From Candidatus Latescibacterota bacterium (GTDB lineage: Bacteria; Latescibacterota; UBA2968; UBA8231), in NCBI GenBank assembly GCA_965205655.1, contig CBDBIJ010000127.1, forward strand, positions 1 to 48,260: a DNA stretch of 48,260 nt, in the 5' to 3' direction. Positions 8,837 to 17,050 of this stretch are shown one piece after another. A program made the translations under genes and the position numbers. The notes under the pieces were generated by a model. That model worked only from the letters and a program-made list of their open reading frames with translations. It did not search any database and was not told where the DNA came from. Within the stretch, counting starts at the first letter, position 1. Every line of letters starts with the position of its first letter.

Positions 8837-9775
8837 ATGCTGAAGTACTGGCTCCCAGCTCTCGGTCTCCTCGCCACCGCTTCAATGCGGCCGGCGAGCG
8901 CTGCCACTGCCTATGCCGGCGAGTTTCTCGCCGTCGGAGCGGGCGCTCGACCGCTGGCGCTCGGTAGCGCCTTCGTCGCTCTGGCCGATGACGCCACCGC
9001 CGGCTACTGGAACGCCGCCGGGCTGAGTCGCCTCGATGATCGCCAACTCCACCTCATGCATGGGGAGCGGTTTGCGGGGCTCGTCAACCAGGATTTTGTT
9101 GCCTTCGCCATGCCGGATGTTGCCGGCTTCGACGGCGCCTGCGTGAGCCTGTTGCGCATCGGTGTAGATGACATCCAGTTCACGATATTGCAGAACCCGA
9201 CGGGGCAGATCGGCCCGGACAACCGCCCGGTGCCGCTGGCGACGGCCAGTAGCGCCGATTACGCCCTCTACTTCTCCGCCAGCCGCAGGCTGAGTGCCAC
9301 CCTCGATATCGGCGCTAGTCTAAAGGGAATCTACCGCACGGTGGACACCTACAGTGCGCGTGGCTTCGGCCTCGATGTCGGTTTGCTCTATCGCATGAGA
9401 CCGAACATTACTCTGGCGGCCAATATCAAAGACGCGACGACGACCCCCATTGTCTGGGATGGAACCACCGACCGAATCCGCCCCTCCGTTACCATCGGAA
9501 TTGCCGTGGCCAGACAGGTTGGCGGCGGTAGGGCGAACGTCGCCCTGGGCTCGAGCGCCGGCGGCGACGCCGCGGATCAGTCCGGCGCCGAGCCACTCGA
9601 GGCAGGGGTCGAGTTTGAGCGCGGCAAGGTTGCGCTGCGAGCTGGACTCGAGGAGGAGCGGCCGAGTTTCGGCCTCGGGTTGCGCCCGCGCCCCGGAATG
9701 CAGCTGGACGTCGCCTACCTGCAGCACGATGAGCTGGAATCCACCTACTTCCTGTCTGCCTCCTTCGGCTTCTGA
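8837..9775 (+). CDS. PorV/PorQ-family outer-membrane beta-barrel
   Basis: Signal peptide then GEFLAVGAGARPLALGSAFVALADDATAGYWNAAGL (PorV/FadL-like N-terminus); ends FLSASFGF. Confidence 0.85.
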   Translation: MLKYWLPALGLLATASMRPASAATAYAGEFLAVGAGARPLALGSAFVALADDATAGYWNAAGLSRLDDRQLHLMHGERFAGLVNQDFVAFAMPDVAGFDGACVSLLRIGVDDIQFTILQNPTGQIGPDNRPVPLATASSADYALYFSASRRLSATLDIGASLKGIYRTVDTYSARGFGLDVGLLYRMRPNITLAANIKDATTTPIVWDGTTDRIRPSVTIGIAVARQVGGGRANVALGSSAGGDAADQSGAEPLEAGVEFERGKVALRAGLEEERPSFGLGLRPRPGMQLDVAYLQHDELESTYFLSASFGF

Positions 9776-9789
9776 GAGTCGGAACGACA

Positions 9790-10725
9790 CTGCCCGGCCA
9801 ACTCGACTCAACCAACCAGTGCAGCATTCGCTGCGGATACGCGGCTCTCGTCGGTCGGCCCAACACCGGCAAATCCACCCTCTTCAATGCTTTCTTGCGC
9901 CAGCGGCTCTCCATCGTCACGTCCAAACCCCAGACCACCAGAAGTCGAATTCTCGGCGTCCTGACGCGACCGGGAAGCCAAACCATTTTTCTCGACACAC
10001 CCGGGCTGCTCGAGCCCAGTTACCGGCTCCACGAGGCCATGGATCGCCAGATCGAACGGGCATCCAGCGAAGCGGACGTCGTCCTGCTGCTCATCGACGC
10101 CACGAGACTCGACGACCGCCGCGATCTGATCTCCGCCTTCGTCAGCCGCACGAACACGCCGATCGTGCCAGCCCTCAACAAGACCGATCTGCTGTCCCCG
10201 GATCGGGTGAAGGCAGCTCTCGATGAGGTTGAAGGGGGGTTTGGTCTGACGCCTGCCATGCCGATATCGGCTCTGCGGGGCGAGAACCTCGATGCCCTGC
10301 TGAGTCGACTGGAGTCGTTGCTGCCGATGGGACAACAGCTCTACCCCGACGACATGATCGCCGAGCAGCCGGAGCGATTCTTCGCAGCCGAGCTCATTCG
10401 GGAGGCCGCCTTCGAACAGCTCGGGGATGAGCTTCCGTACGCTGTGCAGGTTGTGGTCGAGGAATTCTCTGATCCTGCGATGGAGTCCGGTGACACCGGA
10501 GGGCAAGACAAGACCTACATCGCTGCGACGCTCTACGTGGAGCGAGATTCGCAAAAGGGAATCGTCATTGGCCGGGGCGGCCAGCGCTTGCGCAGCATCG
10601 GACGTCAGGCGCGCGAGCGCATCGAAGCGCTTGTGGCTGCCGGGGTTTACCTCGACCTGCGCGTCAAGGTTCGTCGCGACTGGCGCAACCGGGACTCAGA
10701 CCTCAAGGAGTTCGGATATCGTTGA
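9790..10725 (+). CDS. era: GTPase Era (start uncertain)
   Basis: In-frame RCGYAALVGRPNTGKSTLFN P-loop upstream of the ORF-track start, KPQTTR, DTPG, NKTD, ISAL, ELPY, KH domain SQKGIVIGRGG, ending FGYR. Confidence 0.93.
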   Translation: MPGQLDSTNQCSIRCGYAALVGRPNTGKSTLFNAFLRQRLSIVTSKPQTTRSRILGVLTRPGSQTIFLDTPGLLEPSYRLHEAMDRQIERASSEADVVLLLIDATRLDDRRDLISAFVSRTNTPIVPALNKTDLLSPDRVKAALDEVEGGFGLTPAMPISALRGENLDALLSRLESLLPMGQQLYPDDMIAEQPERFFAAELIREAAFEQLGDELPYAVQVVVEEFSDPAMESGDTGGQDKTYIAATLYVERDSQKGIVIGRGGQRLRSIGRQARERIEALVAAGVYLDLRVKVRRDWRNRDSDLKEFGYR

Positions 10726-10764
10726 CGAGCGCCTGACCGCAAGAAAGCAGAGGAGGTGTCAGAC

Positions 10765-12129
10765 ATGAAAGTTCTCGTGGTCGGCAAGGGGGGTCGCGAG
10801 CACGCCCTTGTCTGGAAGATCGCCCAGAGCCCCAGATTGGAAGTGCTCTACGCCGCCCCGGGGAACGAGGCGATGGCGCCCATGGCTACCTGCCTTTCCG
10901 GATTTCGACTCGACACCCCGTTTGCGCAGCGGCAGGCGCTGGAAGCCGAGATCCTCAAGCTGCGCGACTTCGCTCGCGACGAGGGGATCGACCTCACCGT
11001 CGTCGGCCCCGAGGATGTGCTCGCCGCCGGCATCGTCGACTGCTTCGAAGAGGCGGGCCTCGACATCTTCGGACCCACGGCTGAAGCGGCGAGGCTGGAA
11101 AGCGACAAGGCGTTCTCGAAAGAGCTGATGGAGGCGGTCGGTGTGCCTACGGCGAGGCATCGCAGCTTCACCGATGCCGAGTCGGCGCGGCAGTACATCC
11201 GCGAAGTCGGGGCGCCGATAGTCGTGAAAGCGGCCGGACTCGCCGCCGGGAAAGGGGTCGTCGTCGCCAGGGACACCAAAGGGGCACTGGACGCCGTCGA
11301 CGCGATGATGGATAACCACATCTTCGGAGAGGCTGGGGCTCAAGTCGTGGTGGAGGAATTCATGGAAGGCGAGGAGGCATCCCTCTTCGCCATCTGTGAT
11401 GGAGACAGCTTCGTCAGCCTGATGCCGGCACAGGACCACAAGCCGATCGGAGAGGGGGACCGGGGACCGAATACGGGTGGCATGGGTGCCTATGCGCCGA
11501 CTCCGGTCATGACTCGCGAGCTGGTGTCACAGACGGAGAAACTCGTCGTCGAACCGGTCCTCTCTGAGATGCGGCGCCGCGGGGTGCCGTTTCGCGGCGT
11601 GCTCTACTGTGGCCTGATGATTACGGAGGACGGCGTTGAAGACGGCGTCTGTGACGCCGTCCGAGTGGTGGAGTTCAATTGTCGTTTTGGCGATCCGGAG
11701 GCGCAGGTCATCCTCCCCCTCATGAACGATGACCTCCTGGATCTGCTCGAAGCTGCAGTAAAGGGTGAACTGAGCACCTATGAGGCCGGCCGCACGCCGG
11801 AGGACGGCTCCGACGAGGGACGGGCGGCCGTCTGCGTCGTTCTGGCCTGCGAGGGATACCCGGGCTCCTACGAGTCGGGCAAGGTGATTCGCGGCCTGGA
11901 TGCTCTCGAAGCCCGCGGCGGCGTCACCGCTTTCCACGCCGGCACCGCGACGAGGGATGGCGAATTCGTCACCTCCGGTGGTCGCGTGCTCGGCATCACG
12001 GCGGTGGACGCCGGCATCCGAGCGGCCGTTCAGAAAGCGTACGGCGCCGTCGACGCTGTCGCCTTCGAGGGCATGTACTGCCGCCGTGATATCGGCCACC
12101 GGGCCCTGTCTCGGCTCGACGCGAATTGA
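10765..12129 (+). CDS. purD: phosphoribosylamine-glycine ligase
   Basis: MKVLVVGKGGREHAL, VGPE, KAAGLAAGKGV, QDHK, GPNTGGMGAY, EFNCRFGDPE, TSGGRVL; AGGAGG RBS at 10751. Confidence 0.97.
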   Translation: MKVLVVGKGGREHALVWKIAQSPRLEVLYAAPGNEAMAPMATCLSGFRLDTPFAQRQALEAEILKLRDFARDEGIDLTVVGPEDVLAAGIVDCFEEAGLDIFGPTAEAARLESDKAFSKELMEAVGVPTARHRSFTDAESARQYIREVGAPIVVKAAGLAAGKGVVVARDTKGALDAVDAMMDNHIFGEAGAQVVVEEFMEGEEASLFAICDGDSFVSLMPAQDHKPIGEGDRGPNTGGMGAYAPTPVMTRELVSQTEKLVVEPVLSEMRRRGVPFRGVLYCGLMITEDGVEDGVCDAVRVVEFNCRFGDPEAQVILPLMNDDLLDLLEAAVKGELSTYEAGRTPEDGSDEGRAAVCVVLACEGYPGSYESGKVIRGLDALEARGGVTAFHAGTATRDGEFVTSGGRVLGITAVDAGIRAAVQKAYGAVDAVAFEGMYCRRDIGHRALSRLDAN

Positions 12130-12140
12130 CCCGGGCACAC

Positions 12141-12175
12141 AAAAAAACAGCGCCCCGCCGCCAGGCGGAGCGCTG
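12141..12175 (-). terminator. intrinsic terminator (U-tract on minus strand; possibly bidirectional)
   Basis: CAGCGC-CCCGCC...GGCGG-A-GCGCTG hairpin flanked by A7, between converging genes. Confidence 0.75.
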
Positions 12176-12218
12176 AAAGCCAGATTCGGTTTTCTCGGGA
12201 TTGCGACTGCGGAGTTCG

Positions 12219-12557
12219 CTAGCCGGCGACGGTGTCGACGATTTCTCCTCGTCCCTCCTGTCGCTGAGTCTGGGGATCGCGTTGCTGGGTTTCGGCTTGC
12301 TGCTCCTCTCGGCGCATTTCAGCCTGTTCCGTTGTGCCGCGTATCCGCCTCGGCCCCCCGGCTTGAGCCTGCTCGGCTCGGGCTTCGCGCTGCTGCTCCG
12401 CCCTCGCCTCTCTCTGCTGCTGGGCCTCCTCGGCGCGCTCGGCTCGCTGTCCGTCTCTTTGCTCGCGAGCCTCTCGCACCTGCTGCTGCTGTTGCCCGTC
12501 CTGGGCCGCGGCCTGAACTCCGCGTAGCTGCTGTGCAGCTCCTCGAACTTCAGACAT
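12219..12557 (-). CDS. small Gln/Glu/Arg-rich protein (112 aa) ending GRGEIVDTVAG
   Basis: ATG at 12557 with AAGGAGG RBS, upstream TTGACT-16-TATATT and a downstream terminator. Confidence 0.75.
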   Translation of the reverse strand: MSEVRGAAQQLRGVQAAAQDGQQQQQVREAREQRDGQRAERAEEAQQQREARAEQQREARAEQAQAGGPRRIRGTTEQAEMRREEQQAETQQRDPQTQRQEGRGEIVDTVAG

Positions 12558-12601
12558 ATGAAACCTCCTTGGTGAAATCCTCCTGCGTCCTTGCTGCCGG
12601 C

Positions 12602-12629
12602 AATATACAACTCTGAGGTGGGAAGTCAA
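12602..12629 (-). promoter_or_regulatory. sigma70-like promoter for the Q-rich gene
   Basis: TTGACT-N16-TATATT on the minus strand. Confidence 0.45.
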
Positions 12630-12683
12630 GTAACTTGTCGCCTCGCAACAACTTAAGGCCCCCGGAAGGAGCGGTTTCCGGGT

Positions 12684-12712
12684 TTGACACTCACGAGGCG
12701 CCCGGATATCTT
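12684..12712 (+). promoter_or_regulatory. sigma70-like promoter for folB-folK
   Basis: TTGACA-N17-TATCTT. Confidence 0.55.
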
Positions 12713-12721
12713 CCAGCCTTG

Positions 12722-13087
12722 ATGCCACCTGATCGTATCCGCTTGAAAAACATGCGGTTCTACGCCTACCACGGGCTGCTGCCGGAAGAGGCGAGCCTGG
12801 GCCAACAGTTCGAGGTGGACCTCGAACTGCTCCGCGATCTGTCCGCAGCCGGCTCAAGTGATGATCCGGCCGATACATCCGATTACACCGCCGTGGTCTC
12901 TATCGTAAAAGAAGTGGTCACCGGCAGCCGTTGCCAGCTGCTCGAAACGCTTGCGGAGCGCATCGCCGCTGCCGTCGGCGAGGCCTGCGGGCCGATCGAG
13001 CTCATCGTTCGGGTTCGCAAGCCGCGACCATCGGTGGAGGCGCAGTTCGACGGCGTCGAGGTCGAAATCCGGCGCTCTTTTGACTGA
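12722..13087 (+). CDS. folB: dihydroneopterin aldolase
   Basis: DRIRLKNMRFYAYHGLLPEEASLGQQFEVDLEL, DYTAV, LLETLAERIA, RVRKP. Confidence 0.96.
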   Translation: MPPDRIRLKNMRFYAYHGLLPEEASLGQQFEVDLELLRDLSAAGSSDDPADTSDYTAVVSIVKEVVTGSRCQLLETLAERIAAAVGEACGPIELIVRVRKPRPSVEAQFDGVEVEIRRSFD

Positions 13088-13673
13088 GACCGCCTACATT
13101 GGGTTGGGATCGAACCTCGGTGACAGAGTCGCTTACCTCGAGGCCGCTGTCGCCGAGCTGGAGAATTTGGCCGGCGTCAGCGTGCTGTCCTCATCCTCCG
13201 TCTACGAAACGCCGCCCGCCGGCTTCCTCGACCAACCGCATTTCCTCAACGCCGTCGTAGCCGTCGAGACCGAACTGTCACCGCACGAGCTGCTGCAAGC
13301 ACTGCGGCTCATCGAGGACGGGCACAGGCGTCAGCGGTCAATCCGCTGGGGCCCGCGCACCCTTGATCTCGACCTTCTCGCCTGCGGCGATCGCGTCGTT
13401 CGCACTACAGACCTCACACTTCCCCACCCGCATCTCACGGAGCGCTGCTTCGTCCTTGCGCCGCTGTGCGAAATCGCTCCTGACTTGAAGCATTCCGTGT
13501 CGGGGAGACCCATGTCCGAATACGAACGGCAGCTCGAGTGTCGCGGGCAGGTTGCGCTGGCCGGCTCCCTGGCCGTTCCGCAAAGCTACTTGAGAAGGGT
13601 GACCCTGGAGAAGAAGCGGGTTTCCGAACCTCCAGCCACCGGTGATCCCGCCGCGACGAGCCCGACCACGTAG
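13080..13673 (+). CDS. folK: 2-amino-4-hydroxy-6-hydroxymethyldihydropteridine diphosphokinase
   Basis: AYIGLGSNLGD, SSVYET, FLNAV, RWGPRTLDLDLL, LTLPHP, RCFVLAPL; TTG start overlaps the folB end. Confidence 0.96.
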   Translation: MTETAYIGLGSNLGDRVAYLEAAVAELENLAGVSVLSSSSVYETPPAGFLDQPHFLNAVVAVETELSPHELLQALRLIEDGHRRQRSIRWGPRTLDLDLLACGDRVVRTTDLTLPHPHLTERCFVLAPLCEIAPDLKHSVSGRPMSEYERQLECRGQVALAGSLAVPQSYLRRVTLEKKRVSEPPATGDPAATSPTT

Positions 13674-15316
13674 GAGCCGCTCGCCACGGCTCGACCTGCG
13701 GCGTCCGTGCCGTCCCACTCCGCGATGTAGTCACCTCCCGGCAGCACGCCAGCGCGCAAGTGGCGAATTCGCTGTCCGGTCGTTCCGTAGACGGAGAGGT
13801 CAACTTCGGTGTGCTCCTTCACACTGAAAGGGATGCGCAGTCCGGCGTTGAACGGATTCGGGTAACCGATCCCCAGTCGCGCGTTCGTTGGCTCGATCGC
13901 GTCGCTCGCCGCCACCTCTTGCACTGCCGTGACGGTGGTTTGTCGGGCGGAGATCTCAAAACCCTCTCCATCGATTGACGTCCTGCCCACGATCAAGGCG
14001 AGGCTGTCCACTTCTGCGACGCTCACCGCACCTCGCATCTCGTCGTCGAGGTCGAGTTCCTGTAGGCTCGCGGCGTCACCACCGCTCATGCCGTATGACC
14101 AGACCCGGAAGCGGCCCGTATCGTCGCCGTCGAAGTCGATGGAGAAGCTGCCGGCAGTGCGAAACAGGATGTTCGTCGTGCCCCACTGTCCGGCGACGCT
14201 GAACTGGCGCCGCTCCAGAGGCAACCGGTCCACCCGATGCGTCTGGACCCGCCTGCCGTCGAGGGCGCTGTACGAAAACTCCCCGTCGTCGGAGGCGTAG
14301 TTCCCCACGACCCAGTTCGCCCAGGCGCCGCCGAAATCCTGCTCGATGTCGTTGGCGTCGAAAGCGGCGTCGATGCCGAAGCGGCCGTTGCGGGGCTCCG
14401 CCACGAGGGAGCGGATGAACTGGCCGCCGTAGCGCTCGGCCAGGAAGGATGCGAACAAGTAGGTAGCGCCGTAGTTGTGCGGCTTGGCGGCGAGGGGCCA
14501 CGAGGTGAGATCGGTCTGGGGCCTCATCAGGAATTCGGGTACTGCCGTTGCATCCGCCTCCGGAAATCCGGCGACCTCTTCGGCGTAGCCGGACAACCCC
14601 TCGTTTACCCACAGCTCCTCGTCCCGGTCGTGGTTCCAGTGGATGAGGTGCTGAAACTCGTGAGCCATGGTGCCGCGAGCGAGATAGGCACGGCGACGGA
14701 CGGCGAATTCATCCAGGTAGAGAACATCGCGCCTCAGTTCTGGAAGGTCGTGAGCCGCCACGGCCGGATCGAAGTAACCGATAAACTCCGCCCTCAAGAT
14801 GTCGAGAATGAGGAGAAAAATCTGCGGGTACCCGTCGACGTCCGACGGTTCGCCGAATGCCTGCACCGAGAGCTCGTACACGCCTCTTGCTGGGTCGGCC
14901 GGTGTGGCGCGGTCGAAGAGCACTCCCAGGCCATCCACATCTGACTGCAGCACCGGGCCGCCGTTCGAGTCCCATTGACGATCCTCCACGAAGATGAAGG
15001 TGTGATCGCCCACGTAACGGCAGGTGGCCTTCAGTAAAGTGGGAGAGCCTGAAACCGGAAACTCGAGACGGGTACCGACCGCGACCTTCGGCTTATCCTG
15101 GAGCGGTGCTTGGACTAGCTTCTGGGGTGCCTGCGGTGATCGGGCCTGTGTCTCCCGCTGCAAACGCAGCAGCTGGGTGCCGCACAGGTGCGATGAGGGC
15201 GAGGGCTCATCCCCGATCGCAATCGCAACCCATCCGGTCGTAGACAGCAGTCCGGCGATGAGGCATGTCGCAGCTCGTGACACTTGACGATGCACCCACT
15301 CGCGCGCCGGCGCCAT
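13586..15316 (-). CDS. secreted zinc metallopeptidase (M30/hyicolysin-like) with FlgD-Ig/T9SS-type CTD
   Basis: Signal peptide, HLCGT propeptide motif, TMAHEFQHLIH...WVNEGLS, C-terminal YPNPFN...WDGTD...ASGSY; TGATG coupling to the upstream gene. Confidence 0.85.
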   Translation of the reverse strand: MAPAREWVHRQVSRAATCLIAGLLSTTGWVAIAIGDEPSPSSHLCGTQLLRLQRETQARSPQAPQKLVQAPLQDKPKVAVGTRLEFPVSGSPTLLKATCRYVGDHTFIFVEDRQWDSNGGPVLQSDVDGLGVLFDRATPADPARGVYELSVQAFGEPSDVDGYPQIFLLILDILRAEFIGYFDPAVAAHDLPELRRDVLYLDEFAVRRRAYLARGTMAHEFQHLIHWNHDRDEELWVNEGLSGYAEEVAGFPEADATAVPEFLMRPQTDLTSWPLAAKPHNYGATYLFASFLAERYGGQFIRSLVAEPRNGRFGIDAAFDANDIEQDFGGAWANWVVGNYASDDGEFSYSALDGRRVQTHRVDRLPLERRQFSVAGQWGTTNILFRTAGSFSIDFDGDDTGRFRVWSYGMSGGDAASLQELDLDDEMRGAVSVAEVDSLALIVGRTSIDGEGFEISARQTTVTAVQEVAASDAIEPTNARLGIGYPNPFNAGLRIPFSVKEHTEVDLSVYGTTGQRIRHLRAGVLPGGDYIAEWDGTDAAGRAVASGSYVVGLVAAGSPVAGGSETRFFSRVTLLK

Positions 15317-16017
15317 CACCAACGTGTCGTGAGAAAGATCCCGAGCGCTCGCGGATTCGGCCCGGCGCCAACCTCCACGGTGGTGGAGCGCAACCGCACG
15401 GTCTCCTCATCACCTCCATCCTCGTTTCGGCGCAACTGCGAGCCGCCGCGGGCAGCGTGGATGGCTGCGATGAGATGGTTTGCCAGGAGGAGCCCGGTGG
15501 CGAAGACCGCCTGGCGGTCCGCCGTCTGCGCCGAGTTGCGCAGCTCTCTGTAGCGTTGGCGAGAGCCCTCGCTGTCCCACTCCCAGAAGAATTGGGCGCT
15601 CGTCGGATAGAGCTCAGCGTCCGCACCGTCCGAGACGAGGGCGAGCCTGTTGTGATCGCTGCGGCTGGCGTAGAATCCCAGATCGTCGAAGTACTGGCGA
15701 TCCTTGTGGGAAGGTGCTGCGCCAGCGCGCGCTGCAGCATGGGTCCGATAGGTATCGCCGCGGATGTCGGCCACGTGCCGCAGACCGAAGTAGCTCGCCC
15801 ACAGTCCGGCTTCGGCCACGGCGAAGCGCGCGGCGCTGCGGTGTTGGCCGAGGTGGCGCTGCCCCCACCCGGGGATGAGGAGGGAGTACCAGAACGCTCT
15901 GGCGGCCGCTTCGGTCTGAATTGGCGCCAGGATGAGCAGGGAACAAAAGACCGGCGTCCAGCGGAGACAAGGGCGGGAGTGCGAGCGGCCCGAGCGTGTG
16001 GACGAAGACCCAGGCAC
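15316..16017 (-). CDS. hypothetical membrane protein (DUF5683-like SLLIPGWGQ motif)
   Basis: YSLLIPGWGQRHLG, AEAGLW, NHLIAAIHAA; paralogous to the upstream gene; one-base overlaps at both ends. Confidence 0.75.
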   Translation of the reverse strand: MPGSSSTRSGRSHSRPCLRWTPVFCSLLILAPIQTEAAARAFWYSLLIPGWGQRHLGQHRSAARFAVAEAGLWASYFGLRHVADIRGDTYRTHAAARAGAAPSHKDRQYFDDLGFYASRSDHNRLALVSDGADAELYPTSAQFFWEWDSEGSRQRYRELRNSAQTADRQAVFATGLLLANHLIAAIHAARGGSQLRRNEDGGDEETVRLRSTTVEVGAGPNPRALGIFLTTRW

Positions 16018-17000
16018 TAGTAGAATGTACGATAGGCGACGAACATAGGTGTGCCAGCGAATCCGTGCTCAGGCAGCACGAAGGCGAAACGAGTTCGGCT
16101 CATCCCGTTCGCCTGCGCCCCGCCTTCTGGAGTTGCCGCTCGCGCCGCCCGAGCGGCGTCGATGGCACTCAGGACGTGGTTTACGAGTATGAGCCCGGCG
16201 ATGTTCGTGGCGCGCTTGAGATGCTTGTTGCTGTCGTTGCGGCGGTCCTCGTAGGCGATTCTCAATTCGGAGTGGAAGTTCTCGACCGAATCGATCTCAC
16301 CGGATTGAACCGCGTTTCCCAGGCTGTCCCTCACATCGCTCCAGCCGGAGATAAACTGGTCGTATTTTCCGATCAGCTCGTAGTACTGTTGCTTCTCACC
16401 ACTCGGGCAGTCGGCAAGATCGAGACCCGCCTGCCCAGCATAGGTGCTGCACGGAAAGCTGTGCGTGATCGATGAGTGACGAGAGATCGTCGAGGTGCGC
16501 CATTCCACGTAATCGAGGGGTTTCCAGTGTTCATCGGCGGTGGCGCGGAACGTATCCTCGATGTCATTGCCCTTGCCGTTCCAGCTGGTCCACAACGTCC
16601 AGGCCGCCAGCTCCAGTCCGAAGAAGAGCGCCGCTCGTTTTTTCGCTCCAGCGTAAAACTCACCTGCTCCCGGCAGGAGGGCGGAGTACAACAGGGCTCG
16701 CCGAGGGGACTTTGCCTTCCCCTCGTCAGACGACGGTGCTACATCTGCCCCGGCCTGCCGATCCGCTTGCGCCAGTAGTGGCTGTGCCGCCGAAATCCCT
16801 TTGAACAGACGCGGCAGCGGACTCATCACGAGCTGAATTCCATTGGCGTCCACGTCTCCCATCCCCGCGGTTCGAGGCGTGCCCGCTCCCGCTCCAATGT
16901 CGAGTAGCTCCTCCACTGCCGCATCCTGGGCAAGACCCGCGTCCGCGAGGAGCGCCGTTGCGAGAGCGATTGCCAACAATTGAAATGAAATCCGTCCCAT
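16017..17000 (-). CDS. hypothetical exported/membrane protein (DUF5683-like SALLPGAGE motif)
   Basis: Signal peptide, KSPRRALLYSALLPGAGEFY, QQYYELIGKYDQF, NHVLSAIDAA; ATG at 17000. Confidence 0.8.
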   Translation of the reverse strand: MGRISFQLLAIALATALLADAGLAQDAAVEELLDIGAGAGTPRTAGMGDVDANGIQLVMSPLPRLFKGISAAQPLLAQADRQAGADVAPSSDEGKAKSPRRALLYSALLPGAGEFYAGAKKRAALFFGLELAAWTLWTSWNGKGNDIEDTFRATADEHWKPLDYVEWRTSTISRHSSITHSFPCSTYAGQAGLDLADCPSGEKQQYYELIGKYDQFISGWSDVRDSLGNAVQSGEIDSVENFHSELRIAYEDRRNDSNKHLKRATNIAGLILVNHVLSAIDAARAARAATPEGGAQANGMSRTRFAFVLPEHGFAGTPMFVAYRTFY

Positions 17001-17050
17001 CGAGCGATTGCCTTCCTGTCGCGGCTCGGTAGTTTCACGAGCCTGTCTCA

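Noticed and set aside
12201..12527. Leu-rich plus-strand ORF
   Set aside because: Antisense shadow of CAG/GAG codons of the Q/E-rich gene, which has the RBS
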